NCBI GenBank assembly: GCA_030265395.1
Contig: JARFYF010000050.1
Coordinates: 20,032,802 to 20,096,801 of the forward strand
DNA from: Rhina ancylostomus
Taxonomy: Eukaryota
Direction: 5' to 3'
Length of the DNA stretch: 64,000 bases
A program made the translations under genes and the position numbers. The notes beneath the pieces were generated by a model. It saw nothing but the letters and a program-made list of their open reading frames with translations, was not told the origin of the DNA and did no database searches. Positions 22,840 through 35,407 of the stretch are shown in pieces (position 1 is the stretch's first letter; every line of letters starts with the position of its first letter).

Positions 22840-25800
22840 TGTCACAGCAAATACATTCTTACAAAGTGTTCATGGTTGCCATCTTCGTTTCTACATTAGG
22901 ACTTGTCATAGGAAATAAATGTTGTCATAGAAAATGTAAAGAGAATAACTAAACCTCAACATAATTATATTTTCTGTGCCTGAGACAACTGCATCAACAT
23001 TTCCTCATGAATCTGTATGAGTCTGAAAATTCAGTTCTTGCCAGGATTAACTTTGACTTCTGGGATCCTTTCAGGCTTAAGAGTTTCTGGAAATTGGCTT
23101 TGACTGACATCAAGCCGAACTTGCATTGGTGTTCATAAGCTCTACTGCCTTCTTTATTGTGAACAATGGAAAATCATTGAGGACCATACCTCTTTATGGT
23201 AACATTTTGGAAGAGAATCTGGTATTATTTTGTAGTTACATATCAAAACAAGGAAAAGCAAGGATTGCACAACTTTCCCTGTGAGAGTTTTGGAGGGAGA
23301 GAACATGGAACAGTACTCCATTCCTGAACTTACTTTGAGCCAGCGTGGCTTATTACATGTGCTTGTTCAGTTCAAAACTTAATCTCTTCAGAAGCAAAAT
23401 CAAGTTTGCCATCCAACTTTTAAACCATCCGACCAAACAACATTGCAGGGGGCTATCAAACAAGGAATTGACCATAACATTCAAACCATAAGACGTAACA
23501 AGGAATGCCAAGATCCTCTGAGGATCTAAAAAATATTATTTGGGCATTTCCCATTCACAATGTAACTGAGAATCAGGACTCACTGTGTGCATTCACCTGC
23601 AGCACGGAACATACGAACGAACATAAGGAGCTGATCGTTCCTCACACTGATTCAGTTGCAATGTACATTATTCCACTTATAGTCACTGATGACGATAAAT
23701 GCCAAGACAGAATCCAACATATACTGGTGATTGAAAGCAATTGAGAAAATGTTCAATTAAAATGTTCTTTTTTGCAATGAACCCATTGTAATATAGTTGT
23801 GAGGAACATCATAGCAACTGATGTAATGACTGGTTACCATGGAATTTTTTCCTATTGTTATTACAAAACCCATAAAGAATTGGAAGTTATGTACACAGAT
23901 ATAGGTCACTAAATTGGCAAAGAAATCAAAGCACTTAAAGATGCAAACAAAAATCACAGCTGATCAGATATGCTACAGATTTCCAGCTGGGGGTTGGGTG
24001 AGGACCTCTACTGATGCTGCCTGACCTACAGAGTATTTCCAGCATTTTCTGTTTATGTTTTAAAAGTTTTAACATATGCATTATTAAACAAGCAATGTAC
24101 TGAAGAAATCTAGTACACAGAACAACTGCAGCCTAGATTTGCCAAATGTCTGTGGTGCAGTATTGCGTAATCTGCACTCAGCTAAAAATCTGAACACTAA
24201 CCATAATACGCTTTATTGGGGCTGACAGTGGAAACTGGTAGTGGTGAGTTTTGGACGTCAGCACTGCTCTTAACTGGGAGAGAAAAGTGCAAGATTGAAA
24301 ATGTTTTGATACTTTGAAGAGTCACAGGCATCCATTCACACTTGGGTATGAAAGTTTCAATTATAGAACCACAATGCACCCTGGGGATGCCCTGTAGTCG
24401 AATGGTGAAAATCCTGAGAAAAGGCCAAGGTGCAACATATTTTACTGACAACCTTGCCCCTGACAGTCATGACATGTTTGTGACAGCTACCTGTCACCAG
24501 GGAGATACCTGTGAGAAGGATTCGCAATCAGTTACATACAAGTGATGCAGGGGGAATTAAATAACAAAAATCCTTTGCTTTTATGTTTTGCTTTTAACCT
24601 TTTCACTTGGAAATAAACTTCCAAATTGCTTTGTTTCTATTTTTATTAGCCCATCCTTTGCTGGAGTGTGGGAGGGAAAGGTGAACAGGGTTGATGATTG
24701 CTAGGAGTCTCACCATGCCTGCAGAGAACAGGCTCGATCAGCCTGCTGATCCTTCTCTGTATTTTGTTTTCATTAGCTTCATTTTCCAGTTTAATCTTTT
24801 GCCGAGATAGCAGAGGACAGTGCTGTGTTGCAATGCTCATGGAGTTTCGACCTTTTCTATACTTATCCAGGAAAGGGCATTTTCAGCAAGCTAGAGCACA
24901 GGGAGGTCATCTTAGATGATAGAAAATGTAAAAATCTGGCTAATCTAACCTACTAAGTCGAACTTTGGTGTGATGAAGTTCTGACACAAGGAACAAAGAA
25001 GGCTGGTGAAAAATGAATCTGGTCCTAAGGTTTCATCTGATGAGAGAGCAGGAAATGATATGTGGCACTGTTCAACTCCAATATCATGACAACACCTTGA
25101 TGTGTGTTCTCGGCACATAACTTCCTCAGAATCTATCAAGTAAGATTGTCCTTCTGTACTGTATCGAGAAAGCAGAATGAAGAATTGTCACATCCTCCAG
25201 CGAGCTGCACAGGTATCGCTTTCTGGGAATTGCTGTCATTTTTGCAGTTTACAAAGGCAGATCTTAGAAATATGTCTGCACATTTCTTTAAGTGTTGCCA
25301 TGGTGATAGAAATAAATATCTGATTATCTGCTGCATATCTTGCTGGGTTTCTAAGTACTGAACTCATGCCTTCAACATGGAGACAAATATAATGGCCTGT
25401 TAAATTAGGAAAATATATTTTGTTTTGACGCAGGTATTGCCAAAAAAAGAAATTCATGAAGCTGCTCATATGAAAAATTGGCCAGCAACTTGTAACAAGG
25501 CAGAGACACCCTGTCAGTTGTCAACTACCAGGTTGCTCCCATTGCCCTGTGAAAATGGCCCAGCACAACTCAAAGACTTTCANNNNNNNNNNNNNNNNNN
25601 NNNNNNNNNNNNNNNNNNNNNNNNNNNNNNNNNNNNNNNNNNNNNNNNNNNNNNNNNNNNNNNNNNNNNNNNNNNNNNNNNNCAAAGACTTTCATGAGCT
25701 TGCTATATTTGCACACTAACTGCCCCTTAAACTCACCACAGAAAGTTAAGTCCAGTAATTAACCAGTGCATGTATTCTTTTAAAGATGTGGCCTTTGGTA

Positions 25801-27944
25801 ATGACTGATAATTCAGCACTTGGACACAGAAATATAACAATTATAAATGCTAAGCCTCATCCCTTCAGGTTGTGATGTGTTATGGGAAATTTAAACAAGT
25901 GTTTAAACAGTTTTGAATTTTAAATACCATTCCAGCTTTTCCTTTCTCTCACTTTTCTTTCCCCCTTAATCTCGTCTTTCATTCCTTCTCTCCTTCTAAA
26001 ATTGAGTTCCTTCTCACCCCTCCTCTTTCTTTCTCAGTCCTCTAATCTTACTGATTATGGAGAGAGATTGTTCCATTTTTCACCAAAATCCTAAATGCTT
26101 CAACAAAATTTTGAAATGGAAGACGTCAGTACAAACTTACCTAAACAGGGCACATTGCGAGATGTCTCACTCTTGATAATTCTGAACCTTTTTCTTAAAA
26201 AAAAATCAACAATCTCAATAGCCTGGTACTCTATGTACAGAAATAAAGATTCTATCTTTGCTGCTACTGACTTAAATAATTGAACAGGTTGGAAAGGGTC
26301 TGACTGGGGGCTTAGCTGCAATAGTTGTCCATAAATAAACAGCCTTCAGAGGGTTACTGCTGATACCTAACACACACAATAAATGTTAACCTGGAACATA
26401 TACTATAAAAGTGGGTAAACTTCCACAGTCTCATATGAGTATGAATCAGAAGAGGGTATGAATATACATGAAGCAGAACAAATAGTGTCAATTGCCTATG
26501 TGCAACCACCTCCATTGCTGCTCAATACATCCTTGCTAAAAGTCTTGTTAGAACTTAGCCGTCTTGATAAAAGTTAACATTCACAATAAGAGCTCACTGA
26601 AGTGAACCCCTATATAAAATTGGATTTCATGCTGCTGGCAATCTTCTTGAATGAAGAGGGACTGCATTCAGGCAATATGTTCAAAGGTAAGATATTACAG
26701 ATGCATATTTGTTGCTAAGACCAAAAATATACCCTCTTAACACAGGCTTCTAAAAATACATTGAAACTTAGAGCAATTATATCAGTCGCAAAGTTAAAAA
26801 TATCCCCAAAATAACAAAGCAAAACAAACTGAATCATGCCTGGAAGAAACAGAAAAGGCAGAAATTAAGAAATTGGAAGTTAAGAGTTAAAAACTGATTT
26901 TAAGTATTTTGTTATGTCCCTATGGCAACAGAACTCCAATTATCGCAACTCAAGGTGAAAAATATTTAAACAGTTTTATTGCATAAAATTTTGGAACAGA
27001 ACCAATTCTCCCTTTGCAAGCCTCCAATTCTGTATTTTATTGTGGTGCATTGGGTTAAGTTCAATTGCATTTACAATAGATGAAGGTACATTGGAGGGTA
27101 TATTGAGAAAAATTTTTAGTGCAGTATTAATCAATTTGTATGAATGATTGTATTTGCCACTGAAACGTATATACCATGAAAATAACATAAGTAAATGTGA
27201 GAAGAAGAGACAGTTAGGAAAGAATAATTTAATACATTTTAATGAGATCATTTCTTGAAACTGAATTGCCCTTTTAAAAGACATCAGTTCAGTTTTTCCC
27301 CTTCATTTGTGCCATGCAAATCCCTACATGAAGCATAAACAGCAATATTAAATGAGAACAAGTTGAGGCTGACCGATGATACAGGTCACTGGATGAACAG
27401 TCTGTCAGTATTTATCCATTAAGTTCTCTATTCAAGACCAGTCATATGGACAAGATTCCATGGATGTTATACCAAGGAGGAAATGGAAACTGCACCGTTC
27501 CTGGGGCTAAAAGAGCCTTGGGTTTATCTCAGGGTGAGGACTCCCAACTTATTGATTGAGATCAATTTATTCACTTCCCAGTTGTTCAATCCTAAACATA
27601 TTATACAGGCTCCCACACAAGAGCCACTGGAGTTCTGATCAACGGACTCACCCCAAAACCCATCTACTGATGGCCTTCAGTAGCCTAGCTGACCATTTGC
27701 AAATCTACAGGACTGAAATTGAATACCAAAGGCAGATATATGAAATTATGTTCAAGGTGATAGTAAAATGAGAGGAAAAGTAACACATCTAATTATCCAT
27801 TAACACTAACGAGAAATATGAATAATAGCTATTCGTATGCAAGAGCTCAAGAAATTCAGAAAAAGTAAACTCTTGCTTGGAAATGCCAGAAAAGGGGAAG
27901 GATGAACATGCTCTCACAGTGTCGGGTGGTATTGAGGTAAAACA

Positions 27945-28436
27945 GCACTGGAGACACTAGATTCTGCAGATGCTGGAATCTTGAGCAATGCACGCAAAAT
28001 GCTGGAGGAGCTCAGCAGGTCAGGCAGAATCTTTGGGGGGAAATAAATAGTTGACGTTTTGGGTTGAGACCCTTCATCAGGACTGGAAAGGAAGAGGGCA
28101 GATGCCAGAATAAGGTCAGGGGAGGGGGAGGAGCACAGGTTGGCAGGTGATAGGTGAGGAAGAGGGAATGAAAGGGAGTGAGGTAAGAAACTCAGAGGTG
28201 ACAGGTAAAATAGGCAAAGGGCTGATGAAGAAGGAGTCTAGCAGGAGAGGGCAGTGGACAATGGAAAAAAGGGAAGGAGGTGGGGAACAGATGGGCAGGT
28301 CACGAGGGCAGGGGAGGGGATTGAGAAGGGGGTAANNNNNNNNNNNNNNNNNNNNNNNNNNNNNNNGGGGGGAGAGGGGAGGGGTTACCAGACATTAGAG
28401 AAATTGATGTTGAGGCCGTCAGGTTAGAGACTACCA
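27945..28436 (-). mobile_element. Penelope-like element 3' end (end of the GIY-YIG ORF, UTR, terminal repeat)
   Basis: Minus strand GSL*PDGLNINFSNVW* (Penelope ORF end LGSLQP.G.NI.FS.F), then a pyrimidine-rich UTR, a hammerhead-like motif and the cctgacctgctgagctcctccagc...gattccagcatctgcag terminus. Confidence 0.88.
28048..28086 (-). ncRNA. Degenerate minimal hammerhead ribozyme motif of Penelope type
   Basis: Minus strand: cagtc CTGATGA a gggt-ctca-accc AAAAC gtc aacta. The canonical GAAA and stem I are altered by G>A changes at former CpGs. Confidence 0.6.
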
Positions 28437-30289
28437 CTGGAGGTGGGGTCAGGGATCTGGTTGGAACGGATCTATTTAGGTGCCTGGAATCCAAGGAAAA
28501 GTAATAGAAAGCATAGGTTCATGATGTTATTCAATACTTATCAATATCATTCAAGTAGTATGAACCAAGTTCATAAATACAAAAAAGGTTTGCCTTAATT
28601 GTCTACCCGAAAAAAAACTTAAGCTTAGCTGAACAATGAAAACAATAAAAAAGAAATCAGAATGCTCACAATATCTACACAAAGATTACCGCATCAATAT
28701 TAAGGATACATGTTGGGAAATAAATTACATCATCTACAGCTCTGTTAGTGTTCAAAAACATTAGATTTAACTTCCTGAGACAAACAACAGCCTTGGTAGT
28801 TGGTATCAGCACAAATCCAAGGTGTTGCACTCTAAATACACTTCAATCCCGTGGGTTCTTTGGGATGATGGCTGAGGAGCATCCCACAATGGAGATGGAT
28901 GTTGGGCCTCTTCATACGTAGGACATGTCTCAAGGTGTGCATGTGCGCGTGTTAGCTTATGTGCGTCCGTTGACGTGGTTGAACTGAATGTGAAAAAGAC
29001 TAATGCAGCATCCTTCAATTAAAGTTTCTTGGTAATTCAATTACAAAATAGAACTTTTAAAATCCTGTTATCCATATTATGTTTGCTAATTGTCTATCTT
29101 TGCATGTCAAGAATGATTCAGGAACTAAGACTTTGGCCTTACAAAGGCAAGCTTGAAGCAAAAATATAATATGCACTTTTTTAATTGACAGCTTCCATCC
29201 AATTGGTGACAAATGATTTGCAACCAAATTCTTTTCCAATTTCATGGAGTAAAATCCTGAAGTTCTAAAAACGATTTAATTTCTATGTTTTGTAAGCAAA
29301 TCTTTGCAATCAGAGAGCACATGAAACTAAAATAAAGTATGTACTTTCTATCACTGTAGTTTAATATTTCAACGTTAGCTTCAATGATTTTCTTTGTCAC
29401 TTCATCTATCAGTGGTAATTTCTCCTATGAACTCTCTAGCCTAGAAATTGTCCCGCACCACAGAAAGGGCTATGCTGTGGATCAACAAGTGATTTGCTCA
29501 CAGACCCTGGTACAATATTTTATTGTGCATGAGCTCCAAGACATCATGCTCAAAAGAATGCCATTTTGGAGCTCAGTCACAGGTCCACAGCTGGGGGTCA
29601 TGGTAGGGATAGGCTGTGGTGTGGAGGGCAAGGAGCATTAGAAGATACGTCATGGGATTGAGGGGTGGCTTGGAATTTCAGTGGGGGCTGATGGGAGCCC
29701 ATTTGGGCAGGGGACCAATGGCAGACCCNNNNNNNNNNNNNNNNNNNNNNNNNNNNNNNNNNNNNNNNNNNNNNNNNNNNNNNNNNNNNNNNNNNNNNNN
29801 NNNNNNNNNNNNNNNNNNNNNNNNNNNNNNNNNNNNNNNNNNNNNNNNNNNNNNNNNNNNNNNNNNNNNNNNNNNNNNNNNNNNNNNNNNNNNNNNNNNN
29901 NNNNNNNNNNNNAAATGTACAAAAATAAATACAGATGTATTTATTTTTCTTGGTGCAAGGTTATTGCCCCCTGTGAACAGCATGAAGTACTCATGTAAAA
30001 GGTCAATCACATAATAAAATTCCCCGGTGCTAGTGATGAGGATACTCAAATCTCATAGCTCACATAATAACTTATTCAGTTCCATCACATGGACAGACAA
30101 ATTTGCTGGTTCTGCACAATACAAGGCCCATTAATTGTGGTGCATGGGTGCTACAATGAATTTTATCAGCTTTTAGCTTCATTAGGTGGGAGTAGATGCA
30201 GCCAGAAAGAATAGAACTTACATTCTGCAAAACAAAGATTTTTTTATCAAACTGCTTCTGCTGTACAACAGCATTCCTTGACAATACAG

Positions 30290-31040
30290 GTCATGATGAG
30301 GCCCAGGAAAATGTGAGCCACTTTGCCTATCGAGGCAATCATTTCTCAGCAAAGAGACACAGCCACCAACACTGCCTTGGACCTGCTGAGGAAAAGGGTG
30401 TTTGAAGATCAAGACCCCAAACAGGGCAGTAAGCTCATGATCTACCAGGTGGCAGTAATCCCTGCCCTTCCATATGCTTCAGAGACATGGACTACTGACA
30501 ACAGGGACATCAGATAACTGTAGGGTATACCACCAAAGTCCTCACTGGCAGGATAAGTGAACCAACATCATCTTCCCCTCACAGCCAACATCCCCAGCAT
30601 GATTTTCTGTTGGCTCTGATGGGCAGGCCAAATTGTTCACATGCACAACACCAGATTCACGAAACAGATACCAAGCTTCATCATGGAGAGAGATCACCAG
30701 GTGTACACTTCAAGGATATTAGAATCAGTATCAAGTTTATTATCACTGACATATGTTGTGGTAATATAATCACAAAATCTTCTTTGAAAAGATGTCATCT
30801 CTTCACTGATTTGTGAGGACCCCAGGTTTATGATCAATTAAAATTGGCAAAGAGCATCTGGAAAGTTACTGAGAAACTTTGTCAGGCACATGCAGAAGCC
30901 CACCAAAATCAGCCATCCCATACTACCCACCTTCCTACCCCAGCAAGTACGTCCTACCCAACCCAGGGTGCTGGCCTCATTAGTCACCGCAGAACCTGAA
31001 CAACCAAAGAGGAACCAAGTCGCCCCTGACCACCAAGGAA
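30290..31040 (+). mobile_element. RTE-clade LINE 3' relic
   Basis: ENVSHFAYRGNHFSAK and LRKRVFEDQDPKQGSKLMIYQVAVIPALPYASETWT (RTE motif ..TKL.VY.A.V...LLY.SETWT), plus FKD..KSSLKRC and GLISH near the end. Confidence 0.88.
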
Positions 31041-31929
31041 ATGCTCGGGAAGAAATAGTAAGAAGCTGTTGCCAATTAAGTTCATTGGCAATTGCAATTA
31101 AGGAAATTCGTAACTACTTGAAAGTCTTACCTCTTACCTAAATAGACTCTTACCTAAGTAGTCAATGATAAATGGAGATTAAATGCATTGAAGGGAAATT
31201 TAAAGTTAAATTATTAGAGAAATGAAAAAAAGAAACATTGTAAGTCACTTGTCTATACTGTAAGCATAAATCAATCGAATCCTCAATTTGAAGTACCGTC
31301 TACACCTGAAGCCTCTAAAAGAAAATTATACTCCTCCACATTGCATTAACTGTACATTGCCAATTTAGCTAAATTGCAATTTAAGGTTTGTGCAAATGTC
31401 TTCTCTTTTAACAGTTTAATGTTGGTTCTTCAAGGCATCTCTGACTTTTGTTTTTGCGTCTTACCAACTTAGCCTGTTTGGTGGTTGCAGATGCTTTCAG
31501 GTGAAAGACTCGCACCAGGAATCAAGGGGACAACTTTAGCTGACACATTTGTACCAGCTCATTTCAGTGCCAAAAGAAGTACAAAATGGGAAGCCACATT
31601 ATCAGATGTGCTGTTCTTTAGGATGCTTCACTAAATATATCAATTCCACTGGAAGTGAAAAACATAAAAGCCAAAAGCAAAAAATTCTCCCACGTTCTTT
31701 CCTCAAATATGATAATGGTTTTCTCCCTCAGCTAGGAGATTACAAGGCAGTGGAGTGGGTGCAAAGCTACTAATCATTATGCTCAAACTATTGTATTAAC
31801 TGTAAATTTACAGTGTAGAGAAGGCTTGATAGACTAGCTGGTCATTTTCTGCCCATAAATTTCATATGCTTGAACGTACCTGAAAACAGGCTGACTAATG
31901 GCTTTTAACGTCTTTACTAATTCTGCAAT

Positions 31930-32060
31930 GTTGTTGAAGCAGTTTGACTGGTGTGTTTTCCCACATAATGATTCACTGCACTTCAATGAAGTAATTTGCT
32001 TCTTCAAGTGCCCTCAGACTTCAATAACAGGGAAATGTGCTATGTAACATCCAAGTGTTT
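31930..32060 (+). mobile_element. DeuSINE/L2-type 3' tail relic
   Basis: gtgttttcccacataat...ctgcacttcaa..aagtaattt...gtgctatgtaacatccaagt resembles the SacSINE1/AmnSINE 3' part as I recall it. Confidence 0.45.
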
Positions 32061-34449
32061 CATTTTTACTTCTTGTTTTCTTTGCATTTCAGGGCTAATC
32101 CATTACCTCAATTGCAATTGCTTACTTCTGGATTGAACTTTGAGCTATATACCAACTGTGAACCATTATTATAGAGAGGACCACAAATAAAACANNNNNN
32201 NNNNNNNNNNNNNNNNNNNNNNNNNNNNNNNNNNNNNNNNNNNNNNNNNNNNNNNNNNNNNNNNNNNNNNNNNNNNNNNNNNNNNNNNNNNNNNATTAAT
32301 AGCCTAATTTTGCAGTAAAAGTAGTAGGAAGGCTTTCCACATTCGGCATTATTAAAGCATAAATAGGACAGCAACTTCCATCCAGAGCACATGCACATTT
32401 AAAGATGGAAATCAGGAACTCACAGAAAGCAAACACTTCCCTATAGCAACATCTCATTAAGATGGAAAATTTGGAGCACAATGTCATACTGAGATCATTA
32501 TGTCCAACTGTGTGTTAGATATATGGGTCCCAATGTTGTCCACTGGAGCAGATGACAACAGAGGGCACAACCAAATTGTGTGGGCATATGGCTTTACTGG
32601 GGAGTTCACTGGGCTTGGAGGAAATGTCTACACCTCCCATCCCATAACTCCATAACTAGTGCTGTAAAGGCACTTAGCTCTTGGATTCACCCAAGGATTA
32701 AAAATACATTTTAATGGACGATCCATCTCCAATGAATGCATTGCCACTTGCCCTTCATCATGACTCCATTTAAACTGGAAGAGAATGGCTTGGATTCCTC
32801 CTCTCTCTTCATTTTAAATTTGAATCTGAATTGAATCCATCCATTTTTGAAATTAAGTTCAATATCTGTTCAGTAAAGCTTAGCAATCTAATATGTTATG
32901 GAGATACATACTCACTTGCTCTTCTTGCACCTGTATGGATCCAATATAGGGATCTATGTGCCAAAATCTTATTCTAATTAGCAAGTTCTGGTGGAAAACA
33001 ACACAGAAAGCCTGTGGGCAAGGGTATGTGTATTAAATGGCTGATGATTTTCTTTCACAATGACTGCATAAACTGAACCAATATCTTCATTACAAATTCA
33101 ATAAAACAATAAATCACTCATACATTTAGGGTGCAATCATGACAACCTTTCTGAAGAAAATTTTTAAAATGCATCAAATGCTGCCAGAGAAACATTCATT
33201 AAAGTTCTATTTACAAACATAACATTGATGCTGAGAAGTTTCTTTCTGTACAAACAAATTGTGCTCTGAATGCAAAGATGAAAACCAAGTTCTCTGGTCT
33301 GAACTGACAATGGTTTACAGAAGAAATCACAACTAGGTTCAATGCTACTTTTTACACTTAACTCCAAGCCACATATGCATGCAGTTCTCAATGAAGGTGG
33401 CTTATCGCATACCTTACTGAAAGTGTTGGAAAAAAAATCATAATTGTGCTTGGATATCAGTCACAACAAAATACTTAACTGGAAAAATATACATCCACAT
33501 CAAAGAAACACTGCTATTAATTGAATCAAAAAACAAAATACTTTGTTCATTGAAGTAAATGAGAATAATCCAGTGTTTTAATAAGTACTGCTGACATGAT
33601 TCACTAAGATTGAAAATTCAATAGAGTCAACCACAAGGAACTTGGCCAATAAAATTATTATTAAGCTATCCAAATCTGGACACAATGGATTGATCTTCTG
33701 TGTCCTTTATTATCAAAATTACATTAAAAATGTATCTCATACTTGACAATAATGAGAGCTCATATTAGTAACCAAAAGAAAATTAACAGTAGAGGAACAC
33801 ACTGAAAAGCTGAACAAAGAGCTAAATGGTGAGTAGAAGTGAGGGTAGGCAATTAGAAATACCCTCAGGTAATCCTTGTTACCTACAACTCTACACCAGT
33901 TAATGATTCTCAGAAAGGTACTGAACTCCCAGTTGCACAGCCCCTTACATTTTGTTCACCCGTCACAAACCTCAGCCAGATTTGTTTAACCTACTCAAAC
34001 ATTTCGCCCATCTGGACTGGTTTAAAGTAAATCCTCAAGTGTCTAATTACAGTTGCTTGTGTCACGTTACAGACAACAGACAATTTGAGGAAGGTGAAAT
34101 GTCCAAAAACTATGGATAGATTCTTTAAATTTAAGGATCAAAATTATGTTTGAGAGTATTCCACTGACAAGATGATAACCGCAATATCATTAAGCAAGTA
34201 GACAGTTCTGAAGTGGATGAAGTATTAATCCAGGTTCTTCAACAATAAAATGAAGAAAGTTCTCTAGACTTCAATTAATCTACAGAATGTGGTTTTATTT
34301 TCTGGATACAAATCCACCATAAAAGTACACCATGCTTTTTTAATAACCATCTATTAAACAGGATCTCATAAATAAGGATACAGCAACACAAATCTGAGTA
34401 ACGCTGTATGCCACTGTCATTTGTCACTTTGGTTTACTAGATATCATTA

Positions 34450-34640
34450 TCACCTGAAGCTTGTGGGTTCAAAACCCATTTTCAGATTTTGCACTTCAGT
34501 ATTGAATGGAAGGAGCACATCTTTCATCTTGGCCACACATGAATAGTCCTATGTAATATACAAAGATCAGACCAAGCTTTCACATTGGGACCAATGAGCC
34601 CAATCAGATTATTTCACATTTTACATGGTATGCAAGGATG
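34450..34640 (+). mobile_element. Decayed DeuSINE (SacSINE1-like) relic
   Basis: gaagcttgtgggttcaaaaccca...cttcagtattga...catctttca...cagattatttcacatt. Confidence 0.45.
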
Positions 34641-34679
34641 AAGCCATTCCCACCTGAAAGCTGTACAAGCATCTGAACC

Positions 34680-35080
34680 AGTAGCAAGATGAAGACACTT
34701 AGCCTTCTCCGCGATTCAATCATATCATGGCTGACCTGAGCATAATCTCAACTCTGCCTGCCTGTCTACCCTCCGTAATTCTATCANNNNNNNNNNNNNN
34801 NNNNNNNNNNNNNNNNNNNNNNNNNNNNNNNNNNNNNNNNNNNNNNNNNNNNNNNNNNNNNNNNNNNNNNNNNNNNNNNNNNNNNNGCATAATCTCAACT
34901 CTGCCTTCCTGTCTACCCTCAGTAATTCTTTCACCACTTTCATCTGTCTGCCACTGTCTTAAAAATGTCCAAAGACTCTGCTTCCACCTCACTTTTAGGA
35001 AAAGAGTCCAAGGACTTACAACCCTCTGAGAAAGACCTTACACCTCATCTGTGTGTTAAATGGATGATCCTTTCTTTTTA
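34680..35080 (-). mobile_element. CR1 3' fragment spanning a gap
   Basis: cattcaat-type catatcatggctgacctg...gagtccaaggacttacaaccctctgagaaag...cctcatctgtgtgttaaatgg. Confidence 0.8.
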
Positions 35081-35164
35081 ACAACAAGCTTTACAAACTT
35101 ACTGGGAAAAAGTCAGAAGAAACCTTTTCCATAGGCTTTAACATTAATATACTAATATTGAATA

Positions 35165-35407
35165 TTCATTTACCAGTCACATGTACATTGAAACACAAAG
35201 TGAAATGCACCTTTTTGCGTTAACAACCAACAGTCTGAGAATGAGCTGGGGGCAGCCTGCAATTGTCGCCACACTTCTGGCGCCAAAATAGCATACCCAC
35301 AACTTCCTAACCTATACGTCTTTGGAATGTGGGAGGAAACTAGAACACCCGCAGGAAACCCACACAGACACAAGCAGAATGTACAAACTCCTTACAGAGA
35401 GTGGCCG
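35165..35407 (-). mobile_element. tRNA-derived V-SINE, young subfamily (copy 4, 5'-truncated)
   Basis: gtcacatgtacattgaaacaca...cccacaacttcctaacc...ggaatgtgggaggaaac...gtacaaactccttaca. Confidence 0.9.

Noticed and set aside
24965-25055. Box C (GTGATGA) / box D (CTGA) pair and a CTGATGA...GAAA motif
   Set aside because: No terminal stem for a snoRNA and no stem II for a hammerhead.
25415-25440. Other AG|GT junctions (25433, 43496, 18797)
   Set aside because: Donor halves (GTATTG, GTAAAC, GTAAAA) or pyrimidine tracts are much weaker than at 22124 and are expected by chance.
34740-34930. Apparent tandem repeat and repeated peptide (RITEGRQ.GRVEIM)
   Set aside because: A CR1 3' UTR segment duplicated across a 100-N gap; likely a haplotype or assembly duplication, not coding.
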